A stretch of DNA of 43,792 bases, from the NCBI GenBank assembly GCA_003641665.1, contig QNBC01000001.1, positions 1-43,792 of the forward strand, read 5' to 3'. Below the pieces are notes generated by a model. It ran no database searches, was not told the origin of the DNA, and saw only the letters and a list, made by a program, of their open reading frames with translations. Within the stretch, counting starts at the first letter, position 1. Each line of letters opens with the position of its first letter. The stretch comes from a candidate division TA06 bacterium. GTDB lineage: Bacteria; Hydrothermota; 32-111; QNBC01. Shown piece by piece: positions 1 through 8,091 of this stretch. The translations under genes and the position numbers were made by a program.

Positions 1-478
1 CCTCCCTTTCTTCATTTTCGAGAGAACTAAAGTAAAGAAGTTCTCTCGCTGCCGCTATCATTAGATGTAATGAAAGTGCGAATAAGAATACAGCCATTCC
101 GCGAGTTCCCAAAAAGAGCAGGAAAGAATAACCTGCAAGTGAAAAAAGAATTCTCTGACTTCCTTCTAATAACTTACTTTTTATGTGCCCTTCGTAAATC
201 GCAAGAAATATATAAAGCCCGACTACTAAAATAAGTCTGATATCAACAATATATGATAGAATGATTACAAGAATAATTGTGGAAATTTCTACTAATTTAA
301 TACCTGTTTTTTGCTTAAGAAAAAATAGGTAACGGATAAGAAAAATACCCGATATGATAAGAGCAACAGCCGTTTTTTCCGTTTGATTAAACGTTCCTGT
401 TATAAAAGTCAGTATAAAAAATGAAAGTTCGGCTCCCAGAAAATCTGCAAACCAAATGTTTTTTAGATAATTATTCAT
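1..478 (-). CDS. Integral membrane protein, C-terminal part cut by the window edge (about 159 N-terminal codons present)
   Basis: Absent from the ORF track because it has no stop in the window. A reverse-strand ATG at 478-476 opens a frame (MNNYLKNIWFADFLGAELSFFILTF...LHLMIAAARELLYF...) that stays open to position 1. It has several hydrophobic helices. Its start overlaps the buk stop by 8 nt, which implies co-transcription. No family recognised. Confidence 0.5.
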   Translation of the reverse strand, partial: MNNYLKNIWFADFLGAELSFFILTFITGTFNQTEKTAVALIISGIFLIRYLFFLKQKTGIKLVEISTIILVIILSYIVDIRLILVVGLYIFLAIYEGHIKSKLLEGSQRILFSLAGYSFLLFLGTRGMAVFLFALSLHLMIAAARELLYFSSLENEERE

Positions 479-1535
479 AATCCTTTGCCGGATAAATGCC
501 CGATTCCACATTATAAACCGATTCTGCCATGGCTATTAATTCATCCTCTCCGGGGTATACGAAAACGGGCTTGTTCATGAAAATGATTCTCTCTTTAATT
601 CTGTCGACACAGTAATTATTGTATACGATACCTCCTGTTAGGATAAATGCGTCTACATCACCTTTAAGTACCGTTATTTGTGCTCCGATTGTCTTTGCAA
701 TGTTGTAACACATGGCATCGAGAATAAGTTTTGCATGTGTATCCGATTTTGATTTTTGAACCACTTCACCAACATTGTCCGTGCCGAGATGTGCGTACAT
801 ACCGCCTTTTTTTATCGCACGAATGATCATCTCTCTCTCGGTATATTTACCGCTGTAACACAATTTTATTATCTGTGTGGTGGGAAGAGTACCGACCCGT
901 TGAGGGCAGAAAGGACCTTCATCATTGGGATTATTTGTATCTATGACTCTACCTTTTCTTTGTGCTACTATGGAAATCCCCGTACCGAGATGAGCAACAA
1001 TGAGATTTAGCTCTTTCAAATCTTTGCCTAATGCCTTTGCAGCTTTTCTACTTACATATTTTATATTCAAAGCATGAAAAAGGCTCTTTCTGTGAAATTC
1101 GGGTAATCCTGTAATTCTTGCCACATCTTCAAATTCGTCAACGCAAACGGGATCTGTTATGTAAGCTTTAACCCCCGCTTTATCGGCTATATTTTTTGCT
1201 AGTAACGCACCGATATTCGATATATGTTCATCTTGCAAATTGCCCTCTTTAATGTCTTTTATCATCTTCTCGTTAACGATATATGTTCCACTTTCCAGAG
1301 GGTGAAAAAGCCCACCTCTTCCTATAACCGCGTCTATATCATCATATTTGATCCCCTTTTCCATTAGGAATTTTTCAATCAAACCATTTCTGTAGTCGAG
1401 CTGATCAATAGGTTTGTCGAATTTTTCCAGTTCTTCGTGCTTGTGACGAATGACCTCTGTAAATATCTCTTTCGTATCTTCATAAAGACCTAATTTTGTA
1501 GAAGTTGCTCCCGGATTTATGGCTAAAATTTTCAT
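471..1535 (-). CDS. buk: Butyrate kinase
   Basis: 354 aa. The N-terminus MKILAINPGATSTKLG and the overall ASKHA acetate/butyrate kinase pattern fit. AGGAGG lies at 1540-1545, 4 nt upstream of the ATG. No ptb is adjacent. Confidence 0.9.
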   Translation of the reverse strand: MKILAINPGATSTKLGLYEDTKEIFTEVIRHKHEELEKFDKPIDQLDYRNGLIEKFLMEKGIKYDDIDAVIGRGGLFHPLESGTYIVNEKMIKDIKEGNLQDEHISNIGALLAKNIADKAGVKAYITDPVCVDEFEDVARITGLPEFHRKSLFHALNIKYVSRKAAKALGKDLKELNLIVAHLGTGISIVAQRKGRVIDTNNPNDEGPFCPQRVGTLPTTQIIKLCYSGKYTEREMIIRAIKKGGMYAHLGTDNVGEVVQKSKSDTHAKLILDAMCYNIAKTIGAQITVLKGDVDAFILTGGIVYNNYCVDRIKERIIFMNKPVFVYPGEDELIAMAESVYNVESGIYPAKDYE

Positions 1536-1565
1536 ATGACCTCCTATTGAATTTTCCGATATGCT

Positions 1566-1594
1566 ATATTATCTGATGATGGAACTTATGTCAA
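1566..1594 (-). promoter_or_regulatory. Sigma-70-type promoter for buk (TTGACA-N17-TAATAT)
   Basis: On the reverse strand, -35 TTGACA is at 1594-1589, followed by a 17-nt spacer and -10 TAATAT at 1571-1566. The leader of about 25-30 nt carries the SD. Confidence 0.5.
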
Positions 1595-1662
1595 GATAAA
1601 TAGATGAACATATTAATCCGGTTCGAGAGATGACTTTTAATATAAAATGGAATTCGGGGGGC

Positions 1663-1691
1663 TTGCAAAAAAAACGATTTCATGTTAATAT
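1663..1691 (+). promoter_or_regulatory. Sigma-70-type promoter for pfkA (TTGCAA-N17-TAATAT)
   Basis: -35 TTGCAA is at 1663-1668, followed by a 17-nt spacer and -10 TAATAT at 1686-1691. It diverges from the buk promoter. Confidence 0.5.
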
Positions 1692-1711
1692 TTTACAGAA
1701 ATGGGAGGACA

Positions 1712-2824
1712 ATGATCAAACATAAAAGAATAGCAATTTCTACGGGGGGAGGTGATTGTCAGGGGTTAAATGCCGTCATAAGAGCTGTGGTAAAGACGGC
1801 TCGGTATCGTTATAATTGGGATGTTGTCGGTTCACTCGACGGACTTGCCGGCTTAATAGACACAACCAAAATGCGTAAACTAAATGTGTCTGATGTGAGG
1901 GGATTATTGCCGAAAGGCGGGACAATACTCGGAACGACAAACAAGGGTAATCCTTTGCATTTCCCTGTTGAAGTTAACGGTAAAACAGAGTTTGTCGACC
2001 TATCCGATAAAATAATAAAAAATTTTAAGGAACTTCTACTTGATGTATTGATTATGGTGGGGGGGGACGGTACTCAGGCGATAGCTTATGAATTGTATAA
2101 AAAAGGTATACCGGTAATAGGTATCGCTAAAACTATAGACAACGATCTCATGGATACGGATATGACATTTGGGTTTTCAACCGCCGTTCAAGTGGCTGTA
2201 GACGCGATTGATCGCTTACATACAACTGCCGAAAGTCATCATAGGGTTATGATTGTTGAGGTTATGGGGAGATATGCCGGTTGGATTGCCCTTCATGCAG
2301 GGCTCGGAGGAGGAGCCGATATTATACTTGTACCGGAAATCCCCTTTGATATGGATATTATTATAGAAAAAATATTGCAACGTCGCAATCTCGGGGGCAG
2401 ATTCAGTATTATAGTGGTTGCGGAAGGAGCATATCCCAAGGGCGGCGAACGCATAGTACAGAAAAAAGCAAACAGTGAATACGATCATGAATTGCTCGGA
2501 GGAGTAGGGCATTGGTTGTCTCGAGAGATAGAAAAAAGAATCGATGTGGAAACGCGTGTAACGGTACTCGGATATGTTCAGCGAGGGGGAACACCGGTGG
2601 CTTTCGACAGAATTCTTGCCACTCGCTTCGGAACATATGCATGTGAATTGATAGAGCGAGAAGCTTACGGTAGACTTGTGGTTTTGAGAGGGGAAGAGAT
2701 AAAATCCGTCGAATTGGAGAAGACGATGGGAAAGCTTAAAATGGTGAATCCGAAAGGGCAATTTGTAAGAACATGCGAAAGTATAAATATCTGTTTGGGA
2801 AGGGAAAACAAACTTCTCTATTAG
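1712..2824 (+). CDS. pfkA: 6-phosphofructokinase (PfkA family; GGDG plus KTIDND residue pattern)
   Basis: Motifs seen: ISTGGGDCQGLNAV, MVGGDGTQA, AKTIDNDL, MGRYAGWIA. I moved the start from the track's 1682 to the ATG at 1712, because GGGAGG at 1703-1708 precedes it and homologues begin near MIKHKRIAI. Gly at the GGDG position suggests ATP rather than PPi dependence, but the Lys in KTIDND leaves this ambiguous. Confidence 0.9.
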   Translation: MIKHKRIAISTGGGDCQGLNAVIRAVVKTARYRYNWDVVGSLDGLAGLIDTTKMRKLNVSDVRGLLPKGGTILGTTNKGNPLHFPVEVNGKTEFVDLSDKIIKNFKELLLDVLIMVGGDGTQAIAYELYKKGIPVIGIAKTIDNDLMDTDMTFGFSTAVQVAVDAIDRLHTTAESHHRVMIVEVMGRYAGWIALHAGLGGGADIILVPEIPFDMDIIIEKILQRRNLGGRFSIIVVAEGAYPKGGERIVQKKANSEYDHELLGGVGHWLSREIEKRIDVETRVTVLGYVQRGGTPVAFDRILATRFGTYACELIEREAYGRLVVLRGEEIKSVELEKTMGKLKMVNPKGQFVRTCESINICLGRENKLLY

Positions 2825-2832
2825 GAGGTTGA

Positions 2833-3111
2833 ATGAGTACAATTTGGGATGTGTTAAAAGAAACGTTTAATGATGCTCTTGATAAAGCGGAAGAGCTAAA
2901 AAATCTCGGTCAGGATAAAATCGATATTTTGCAGTTAAAGAATAAAATGGCAAAGAATTTTTCAAAATTGGGTGCAACAATATATGAAATGTACAATAAT
3001 GGAGAAGATATTGATTTTGATAAAAACGAAAAATTGAAAAGAATGCTTGATGAATTAAAGGATATAGAAAAACAACTAAAGGAAAAGGAGAAAAAAGTAT
3101 CCCAAATATGA
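2833..3111 (+). CDS. Small coiled-coil protein, unknown function
   Basis: 92 aa, K/E-rich with a heptad-like pattern. AGGAGG lies at 2822-2827. It is tightly packed between pfkA and manC. Confidence 0.6.
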   Translation: MSTIWDVLKETFNDALDKAEELKNLGQDKIDILQLKNKMAKNFSKLGATIYEMYNNGEDIDFDKNEKLKRMLDELKDIEKQLKEKEKKVSQI

Positions 3112-3118
3112 GGTTATT

Positions 3119-4177
3119 ATGAATTATGCCGTTATTTTAGCAGGAGGTTCAGGTAAACGATTTTGGCCGTTATCCCGACAATCAAAGCCGAAGCAGTTTC
3201 TTTCGATTATAAGTTCCAAAACGATGATTGAAGAAACGGTTGATAGGGTAAAAGGGCTGATAAACCAGGAAAACATTATTATTTTAGCTTCGGAGGGACA
3301 AAAGAGTAATTTTACCGATATAGATCTAGGAATCCCTGATGAGAATATACTATATGAACCGGAGGGACGTAACACCGCTATGGCTATTGCATTTGCCGCA
3401 GCGTATATAAGAAAGCGAGATCCCGAAGGTATCATGATTGTCCTCCCGTCAGATCACTTTATAAGAGAAAAAGACCTGTTTCAGGAATCACTGAGAAATG
3501 CAATTAAAGCCGCGAAAAACGGCTACCTCGTAACATTCGGTATTACGCCCACAAGGCCGGAGACGGGCTACGGCTATATAAACATAGGCGATGTAATTGA
3601 AAAGGAGATAGAACTCTACAAGGTTAAAGCTTTTACCGAGAAGCCGAACCAAAAGGATGCGATTGAATATGTTAAACGAGGTAATTATCTGTGGAACAGC
3701 GGAATGTTTGTCTGGAGTTTAAAAAGCATTATTGATGAGTTTCAAAAATATCTTCCGGAGCATTTCAAAAGCCTTGTTTCAATTGCAAGTAATCCTTCTG
3801 ATACCGATTTGGTAAAAAACGCCTATAATAATATCGATAATATTTCCATAGATTACGGTATATTGGAGAGATCTTCGAAAATAGCGTGTATTAAATGCAA
3901 CTATACATGGGACGATGTGGGATCATGGGTGGCAATAGAGAGGCACAATAAACATGATGAGAATAACAATACGATAATAGGCAATGCTGACTTGAAAGAT
4001 GTGCAAAACAGCATAGTTGTGAGCAACGATGGTTTAACCGTATTGATAGGAGTGAGTGATTTGATAGTTGTTCACACCCATGATGCAACGCTTGTGTGTA
4101 AAAAAGAACGAAATAATGAGATAAAAGATATGGTAGATAAAAATAGTAGTCATCCTAACAACAAAAAATACCTATAG
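3119..4177 (+). CDS. manC: Mannose-1-phosphate guanylyltransferase (no C-terminal PMI/cupin domain)
   Basis: The N-terminal nucleotidyltransferase motif AVILAGGSGKRFWPLSR fits, as do the length (352 aa) and overall pattern. Confidence 0.85.
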   Translation: MNYAVILAGGSGKRFWPLSRQSKPKQFLSIISSKTMIEETVDRVKGLINQENIIILASEGQKSNFTDIDLGIPDENILYEPEGRNTAMAIAFAAAYIRKRDPEGIMIVLPSDHFIREKDLFQESLRNAIKAAKNGYLVTFGITPTRPETGYGYINIGDVIEKEIELYKVKAFTEKPNQKDAIEYVKRGNYLWNSGMFVWSLKSIIDEFQKYLPEHFKSLVSIASNPSDTDLVKNAYNNIDNISIDYGILERSSKIACIKCNYTWDDVGSWVAIERHNKHDENNNTIIGNADLKDVQNSIVVSNDGLTVLIGVSDLIVVHTHDATLVCKKERNNEIKDMVDKNSSHPNNKKYL

Positions 4178-4187
4178 GGGGTCATAA

Positions 4188-4661
4188 ATGAAAAAATTAT
4201 TTTCACTTTTTGCCATTGTTACACTATTGTTAATCATGGTATCCTGTGCTCCTAAAAAACAGAATCAAGAAGAGGTGATATCAGACACAACCGCATATAA
4301 GCCTATTATAATGGAAGAGAACACGGAAGATACAACGAATGTGGATACAGAGGCAATGTCAACAAGTGCAGATACGACAAAAAGTACTGTTGATACGACA
4401 ATGAATATTACAACAGCACCGCAATCGGGATACAGGGTTCAGGTTTTTGCAACATTCTCGGAGGAGAAAGCGGACATGATTGCAAACCAGGTAAGAGAAA
4501 GGACAACGGAACCCGTATATGTGGAATACATAGCACCCTATTACAAAGTAAGAGTAGGTGATTGCACGACAAGGGATGAAGCTGAATCATTAAAATCCAA
4601 TCTATTCGGGTTGGGGTATTCGGATGCATTCATTGTCCAAGACACGATTAATCCCAAATGA
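4188..4661 (+). CDS. SPOR-domain lipoprotein (septal peptidoglycan binding)
   Basis: Signal peptide plus lipobox (LIMVSC). The C-terminal roughly 75 aa read GYRVQVFATFSEEKADMIANQV...YYKVRVGDCTTRDEAESLKSNL, which is typical of a SPOR fold. GGGGG SD upstream. Confidence 0.75.
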   Translation: MKKLFSLFAIVTLLLIMVSCAPKKQNQEEVISDTTAYKPIIMEENTEDTTNVDTEAMSTSADTTKSTVDTTMNITTAPQSGYRVQVFATFSEEKADMIANQVRERTTEPVYVEYIAPYYKVRVGDCTTRDEAESLKSNLFGLGYSDAFIVQDTINPK

Positions 4662-5260
4662 AATTAATAGCAGCGACCAACAACAAGGATAAAATAGTCG
4701 AAATAAAGAAAGAACTTGAAGGAAGCGGAATTGAAATATTAACACTGAATGATATATCATTCCACAATAATATTGAAGAAGACGGTATTACGTTAGAGGA
4801 AAACGCAATAAAAAAGGCATTGACAATTTTTAATTTTGCTGGTATACAATGTTTTGCAGATGATACGGGTCTGTTTGTTGATCTTTTAAATGGAATGCCC
4901 GGTGTTTATTCCGCCAGATTCGCAGGAGAAAGTGCGTCTTATAGTGACAATGTTGATAAATTGCTCAGAGAGTTGATAACCGCATCAAATGCTCCTAAAT
5001 GGGACGCATATTTCAGAACTGTAATAGCATATATTGATGAGAATCGTTCTTTGAAACTGTTTGAAGGTATAACAAAAGGGTATATAATAAGAAAACCATC
5101 GGGTAAAGGCGGATTCGGTTACGATCCCGTCTTCGAGGTGGCGAGCCTCGGAAAAACTTATGCCGAGATGAGTCTTGATGAAAAGAATAGTGTCAGTCAT
5201 AGAGGAAAGGCTCTTCGGGCGTTTGTTTCATATTTGCGGGGCGTAGCGCAGTCCGGTTAG
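4658..5260 (+). CDS. rdgB: dITP/XTP pyrophosphatase (RdgB/HAM1 family)
   Basis: Motifs ATNNKDKIVEIK, DDTGL, FGYDPVF and SHRGKA. The start overlaps the SPOR gene stop (ATGA). The last 8 codons and the TAG stop lie inside tRNA-Pro. Confidence 0.85.
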   Translation: MKLIAATNNKDKIVEIKKELEGSGIEILTLNDISFHNNIEEDGITLEENAIKKALTIFNFAGIQCFADDTGLFVDLLNGMPGVYSARFAGESASYSDNVDKLLRELITASNAPKWDAYFRTVIAYIDENRSLKLFEGITKGYIIRKPSGKGGFGYDPVFEVASLGKTYAEMSLDEKNSVSHRGKALRAFVSYLRGVAQSG

Positions 5261-5311
5261 CGCGCCTGCTTTGGGAGCAGGAAGCCGGAGGTTCGAATCC
5301 TCTCGCCCCGA
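5237..5311 (+). tRNA. tRNA-Pro (anticodon TGG)
   Basis: Hand-folded cloverleaf: acceptor CGGGGCG/CGCCCCG, D stem GCGC/GCGC, anticodon stem CCTGC/GCAGG with loop TTTGGGA, T arm GGAGG-TTCGAAT-CCTCT. 75 nt, no encoded CCA. Confidence 0.9.
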
Positions 5312-5317
5312 TAACAT

Positions 5318-5390
5318 GGTGAGTGTAGTTCAATGGTAGAGCACTGGACTGTGGCTCCAGTAGTTGTGGGTTCGAGTCCCATCACTCACC
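5318..5390 (+). tRNA. tRNA-His (anticodon GTG), with encoded G-1
   Basis: G-1 plus acceptor GTGAGTG/CACTCAC with C73. Anticodon stem CTGGA/TCCAG with loop CTGTGGC. T arm GTGGG-TTCGAGT-CCCAT. Confidence 0.9.
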
Positions 5391-5403
5391 CTTGAATGGA
5401 AAT

Positions 5404-5477
5404 GCGCCCGTAGCTCAATTGGATAGAGCAACGGATTTCTAATCCGTAGGTTGAGGGTTCAATTCCCCCCGGGCGTA
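5404..5477 (+). tRNA. tRNA-Arg (anticodon TCT); CCA encoded at 5478-5480
   Basis: Acceptor GCGCCCG/CGGGCGT (G1-U72 wobble). Anticodon stem ACGGA/TCCGT with loop TTTCTAA. T arm GAGGG-TTCAATT-CCCCC, with one A-C mismatch. Confidence 0.8.
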
Positions 5478-5483
5478 CCATAT

Positions 5484-5557
5484 GCGCTGATAGCTCAACT
5501 AGGCAGAGCAACGGATTCTTAATCCGTAGGTTGAGGGTTCGATTCCCTCTCAGCGCA
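5484..5557 (+). tRNA. tRNA-Lys (anticodon CTT)
   Basis: Acceptor GCGCTGA/TCAGCGC. Anticodon stem ACGGA/TCCGT with loop TTCTTAA. T arm GAGGG-TTCGATT-CCCTC. 74 nt. Confidence 0.9.
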
Positions 5558-5578
5558 CTTTTAAATTAGGATGTTTAT

Positions 5579-5995
5579 ATGAAAAAATTGACTATCTTTC
5601 TTTTATTTTCTATATTGTTACTGATAAACTCTTGCGATATTCAACCTATTTCAGTTCCCAACAATCGCATTTACGGCACTTTAAGTTGTAACGATGGAAC
5701 TTCTCCCGTGGGAGCAATCGTTTCACTTGAGACAAGTGCGGGTTTTCCACTTTCTACATATAGTGTATCTTCTCTCGACGGCTATTTTTCATTTGATAAT
5801 CTCTCTTCGGGAGACTACAAAATCTATGCGAGCCTGGATATAAATTCGGATGGTGTGGACGATTATTCGGGAACGTACGGAGGAGACAGTTCAAAAATTG
5901 CTACTTTATTCGGTGCAGACACATTATCGATTAACATAGTTTTAAAAAGGATTGTAACGTATGCTAAAAACTCTCTCGGAAGCAGAAATCGGTAA
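5579..5995 (+). CDS. Small lipoprotein with a carboxypeptidase-regulatory-like (beta-sandwich) domain
   Basis: Signal peptide plus lipobox (LLINSC). The pattern GTLSCNDGTSPVGAIVSLE...LDGYFSFDNLSSGDYKIYAS resembles CarboxypepD_reg. AGGA SD upstream. The 3' end overlaps feoA by 35 nt. Confidence 0.6.
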   Translation: MKKLTIFLLFSILLLINSCDIQPISVPNNRIYGTLSCNDGTSPVGAIVSLETSAGFPLSTYSVSSLDGYFSFDNLSSGDYKIYASLDINSDGVDDYSGTYGGDSSKIATLFGADTLSINIVLKRIVTYAKNSLGSRNR

Positions 5996-6191
5996 AGAAT
6001 ATCGTGTAATCGAATTGCGGGGCGGACTTAATTTCCAGAGAAGGATAACTGCAATGGGACTTTACATGGGAGCAATCGTGAAAATCGTAAGAAAAGCTCC
6101 CTTTAGGGGACCGTTACTTGTGGATATAAATTCTTCTGTTGTCGCAGTGGGAAGGAATATTGCGCTTAAGATTTTTGTTGAGGAAGTATGA
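5961..6191 (+). CDS. feoA: Ferrous iron transport protein A
   Basis: 76 aa. It has the FeoA/SH3-like pattern (EYRVIELRGG...RRITAMGLYMGAIVKIV) and sits directly upstream of feoB, overlapping it by 4 nt. Confidence 0.85.
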   Translation: MLKTLSEAEIGKEYRVIELRGGLNFQRRITAMGLYMGAIVKIVRKAPFRGPLLVDINSSVVAVGRNIALKIFVEEV

Positions 6192-8089
6192 GGTTTCTTC
6201 TCGTAGGGCAACCGAATTGTGGCAAAAGCACATTATTTAATCAGATAGCCGGATATAAAGCTATTGAGAGTAATTTTCCCGGAACAACCGTTTCCTATAC
6301 GGAGAGTAAATTTATATTAAACAACGAGGTAATTTCCATTATTGACCTTCCCGGAACATACACGATTCTACCTCACGATTATGCCGAGAAGGTTACAAGA
6401 AACTACATATTCGAAAATAATTTTGATATTATTATAAATGTCGTCGATGCATCTACCCTGTCAAGGGGGCTTGAACTCACTCTCGAACTTCTCGAGATGG
6501 AAAAACCCATGATTCTTGTACTCAATATGATTGACAGTGCGGAAGCAAAGGGTATTTCAATCGATGATAAATTGCTTTCGGAAATATTGAGTATCCCCGT
6601 TGTTAAAACCATAGGAAATAGAGGAATAGGGGTGGAATCAGCCCTTGAAATGGCGTACAAAACGGCGGGTAAAAAAATTGCAAATAGCATACGATTCAGA
6701 AAAGATGTGGAAAGTAGCATAGCGGAAATTATGAAGTGTATAAAAGAATTTATTTTCAATAAGCGATTTACCGCCATAAAATTATTGGAAAAAGACGATT
6801 ATATTGCTAAGAAAGTTACACTTTGCGAAGATACAGGGAGAGTTTTATCCGATATAAGAAAGAGAATTGAAGAAAGTCACGGGATTGATTCGGAAATGAT
6901 TGTTTCATATGAGAGACACGGACTCGCCATGGATATATTTGAAAGAGTAGCGAAATTCTCAAAACCGAAGAGGAATTTTACAAAAGTAGCAGATGATGTT
7001 TTAATGCATCCTGTTTGGGGATATTTCTTCCTGACAATAATTGTAATTGTATTTTTCAACATAGTTTTTAAACTCGGGCAACCGGTGGAAGGATGGCTTA
7101 CAGCAATATTTGATAATCTTTCACACTATTTAGAGCACTATTTTCCTGCCTCTCAATTTATTGGTTCTATTATTGCCGGAACCATTAACGGACTCTCAGC
7201 CGGCATCGGTATTGCCCTACCCTATATCTTTCCTTTCATTGTAGGGTTATCCTTTTTGGAAGATGTTGGTTATTTACCTCGAATAGCATTTCTTGTAGAT
7301 GCTTTTATGCACAAAATCGGATTACACGGGAAATCCATAATTCCTCTTATCACGGGATACGGTTGCAATGTTCCCGCTATTCTCTCAACGAGAAACATGA
7401 ACAACGAATCAGACAAATTCAAAACGGCATTTCTTGCCACATTTATTCCCTGCTCGGCAAGAACTATTGTCATAATGGGGCTTGTGGGATACTATCTTGG
7501 GGGAAATATGGCACTACTGATTTACGTGCTGAATATTATTGTGATAGCGATTATGGGAAAAATTCTTACCCGCATTGATGAGGAGCCTTCCCCCGGGCTT
7601 GTTATTGAAATTCCTTCCTATCATTTACCCACGATAAAATCATTGTCACAGAAAACATGGTTTAGATTGAAAGATTTCGTATATGTTGCATTTCCTATAA
7701 TAATAGTCAGTAGTGTAATTCTCAGTATAATCGACTATTTTAAGTTAACAAATTGGATAAACAGATTACTTTCACCAATAACAACCTTCATCCTGGGATT
7801 ACCTCAGAAAGTTGGTGTAACGTTGATTTTTGGTATATTCAGAAAAGAGCTAACGCTTATAATGCTAAATCAAGCTCTTGGAACCGATAAAATTGCAACT
7901 GTAATGACAAAAACACAGATACTTGTATTTACACTGTTTATTGTTTTTTATGTACCGTGTGTTTCAACAATTGCGGCGTTAAAGATGGAACTCGGTACAA
8001 AGAAAACAATCGTTATATCACTAACAACAATAGCTGTTGCTTTAATTATCGCTTTTTCAGCCAGAATTATCGGGAATTTTGTATTTTAA
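6188..8089 (+). CDS. feoB: Ferrous iron transporter B (GTPase plus permease)
   Basis: G1 GQPNCGKSTLFN and G3 DLPG, followed by a polytopic C-terminal domain including GYGCNVPA. 633 aa. Confidence 0.92.
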   Translation: MRFLLVGQPNCGKSTLFNQIAGYKAIESNFPGTTVSYTESKFILNNEVISIIDLPGTYTILPHDYAEKVTRNYIFENNFDIIINVVDASTLSRGLELTLELLEMEKPMILVLNMIDSAEAKGISIDDKLLSEILSIPVVKTIGNRGIGVESALEMAYKTAGKKIANSIRFRKDVESSIAEIMKCIKEFIFNKRFTAIKLLEKDDYIAKKVTLCEDTGRVLSDIRKRIEESHGIDSEMIVSYERHGLAMDIFERVAKFSKPKRNFTKVADDVLMHPVWGYFFLTIIVIVFFNIVFKLGQPVEGWLTAIFDNLSHYLEHYFPASQFIGSIIAGTINGLSAGIGIALPYIFPFIVGLSFLEDVGYLPRIAFLVDAFMHKIGLHGKSIIPLITGYGCNVPAILSTRNMNNESDKFKTAFLATFIPCSARTIVIMGLVGYYLGGNMALLIYVLNIIVIAIMGKILTRIDEEPSPGLVIEIPSYHLPTIKSLSQKTWFRLKDFVYVAFPIIIVSSVILSIIDYFKLTNWINRLLSPITTFILGLPQKVGVTLIFGIFRKELTLIMLNQALGTDKIATVMTKTQILVFTLFIVFYVPCVSTIAALKMELGTKKTIVISLTTIAVALIIAFSARIIGNFVF

Positions 8090-8091
8090 GG

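Noticed and set aside
1682-1711. N-terminal extensions implied by the track's ORF starts: 1682 for pfkA, 9300 for the polyferredoxin, 9591 (TTG) for the regulator, 16202 for the DUF4097 gene, 16285 (TTG) for pyk, and 40098 (GTG) for the OMP.
   Set aside because: In each case a downstream ATG fits better. For the first, second and fourth it is preceded by a good SD. For pyk and the regulator it matches the usual family N-terminus. For the OMP it begins a proper signal peptide.
2216-2842. Long antisense ORFs in the track. Examples: 2216-2842(-), 8663-9280(+), 15382-15885(+), 15886-16155(+), 20258-20683(-), 28995-29609(+), 30859-31371(+), 41882-42334(+).
   Set aside because: Each lies entirely opposite a confidently recognised CDS. 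Their compositions are low-complexity or odd (F/V/L/S-rich), they lack SD sequences, and they look like shadow frames of AT-rich or repeat-rich coding sequence.
5237-5557. The tRNA cluster as a possible integration hotspot or genomic-island boundary.
   Set aside because: There is no integrase, no direct repeat of a tRNA 3' end and no obvious foreign gene block on either side. The flanks are rdgB and feoAB.
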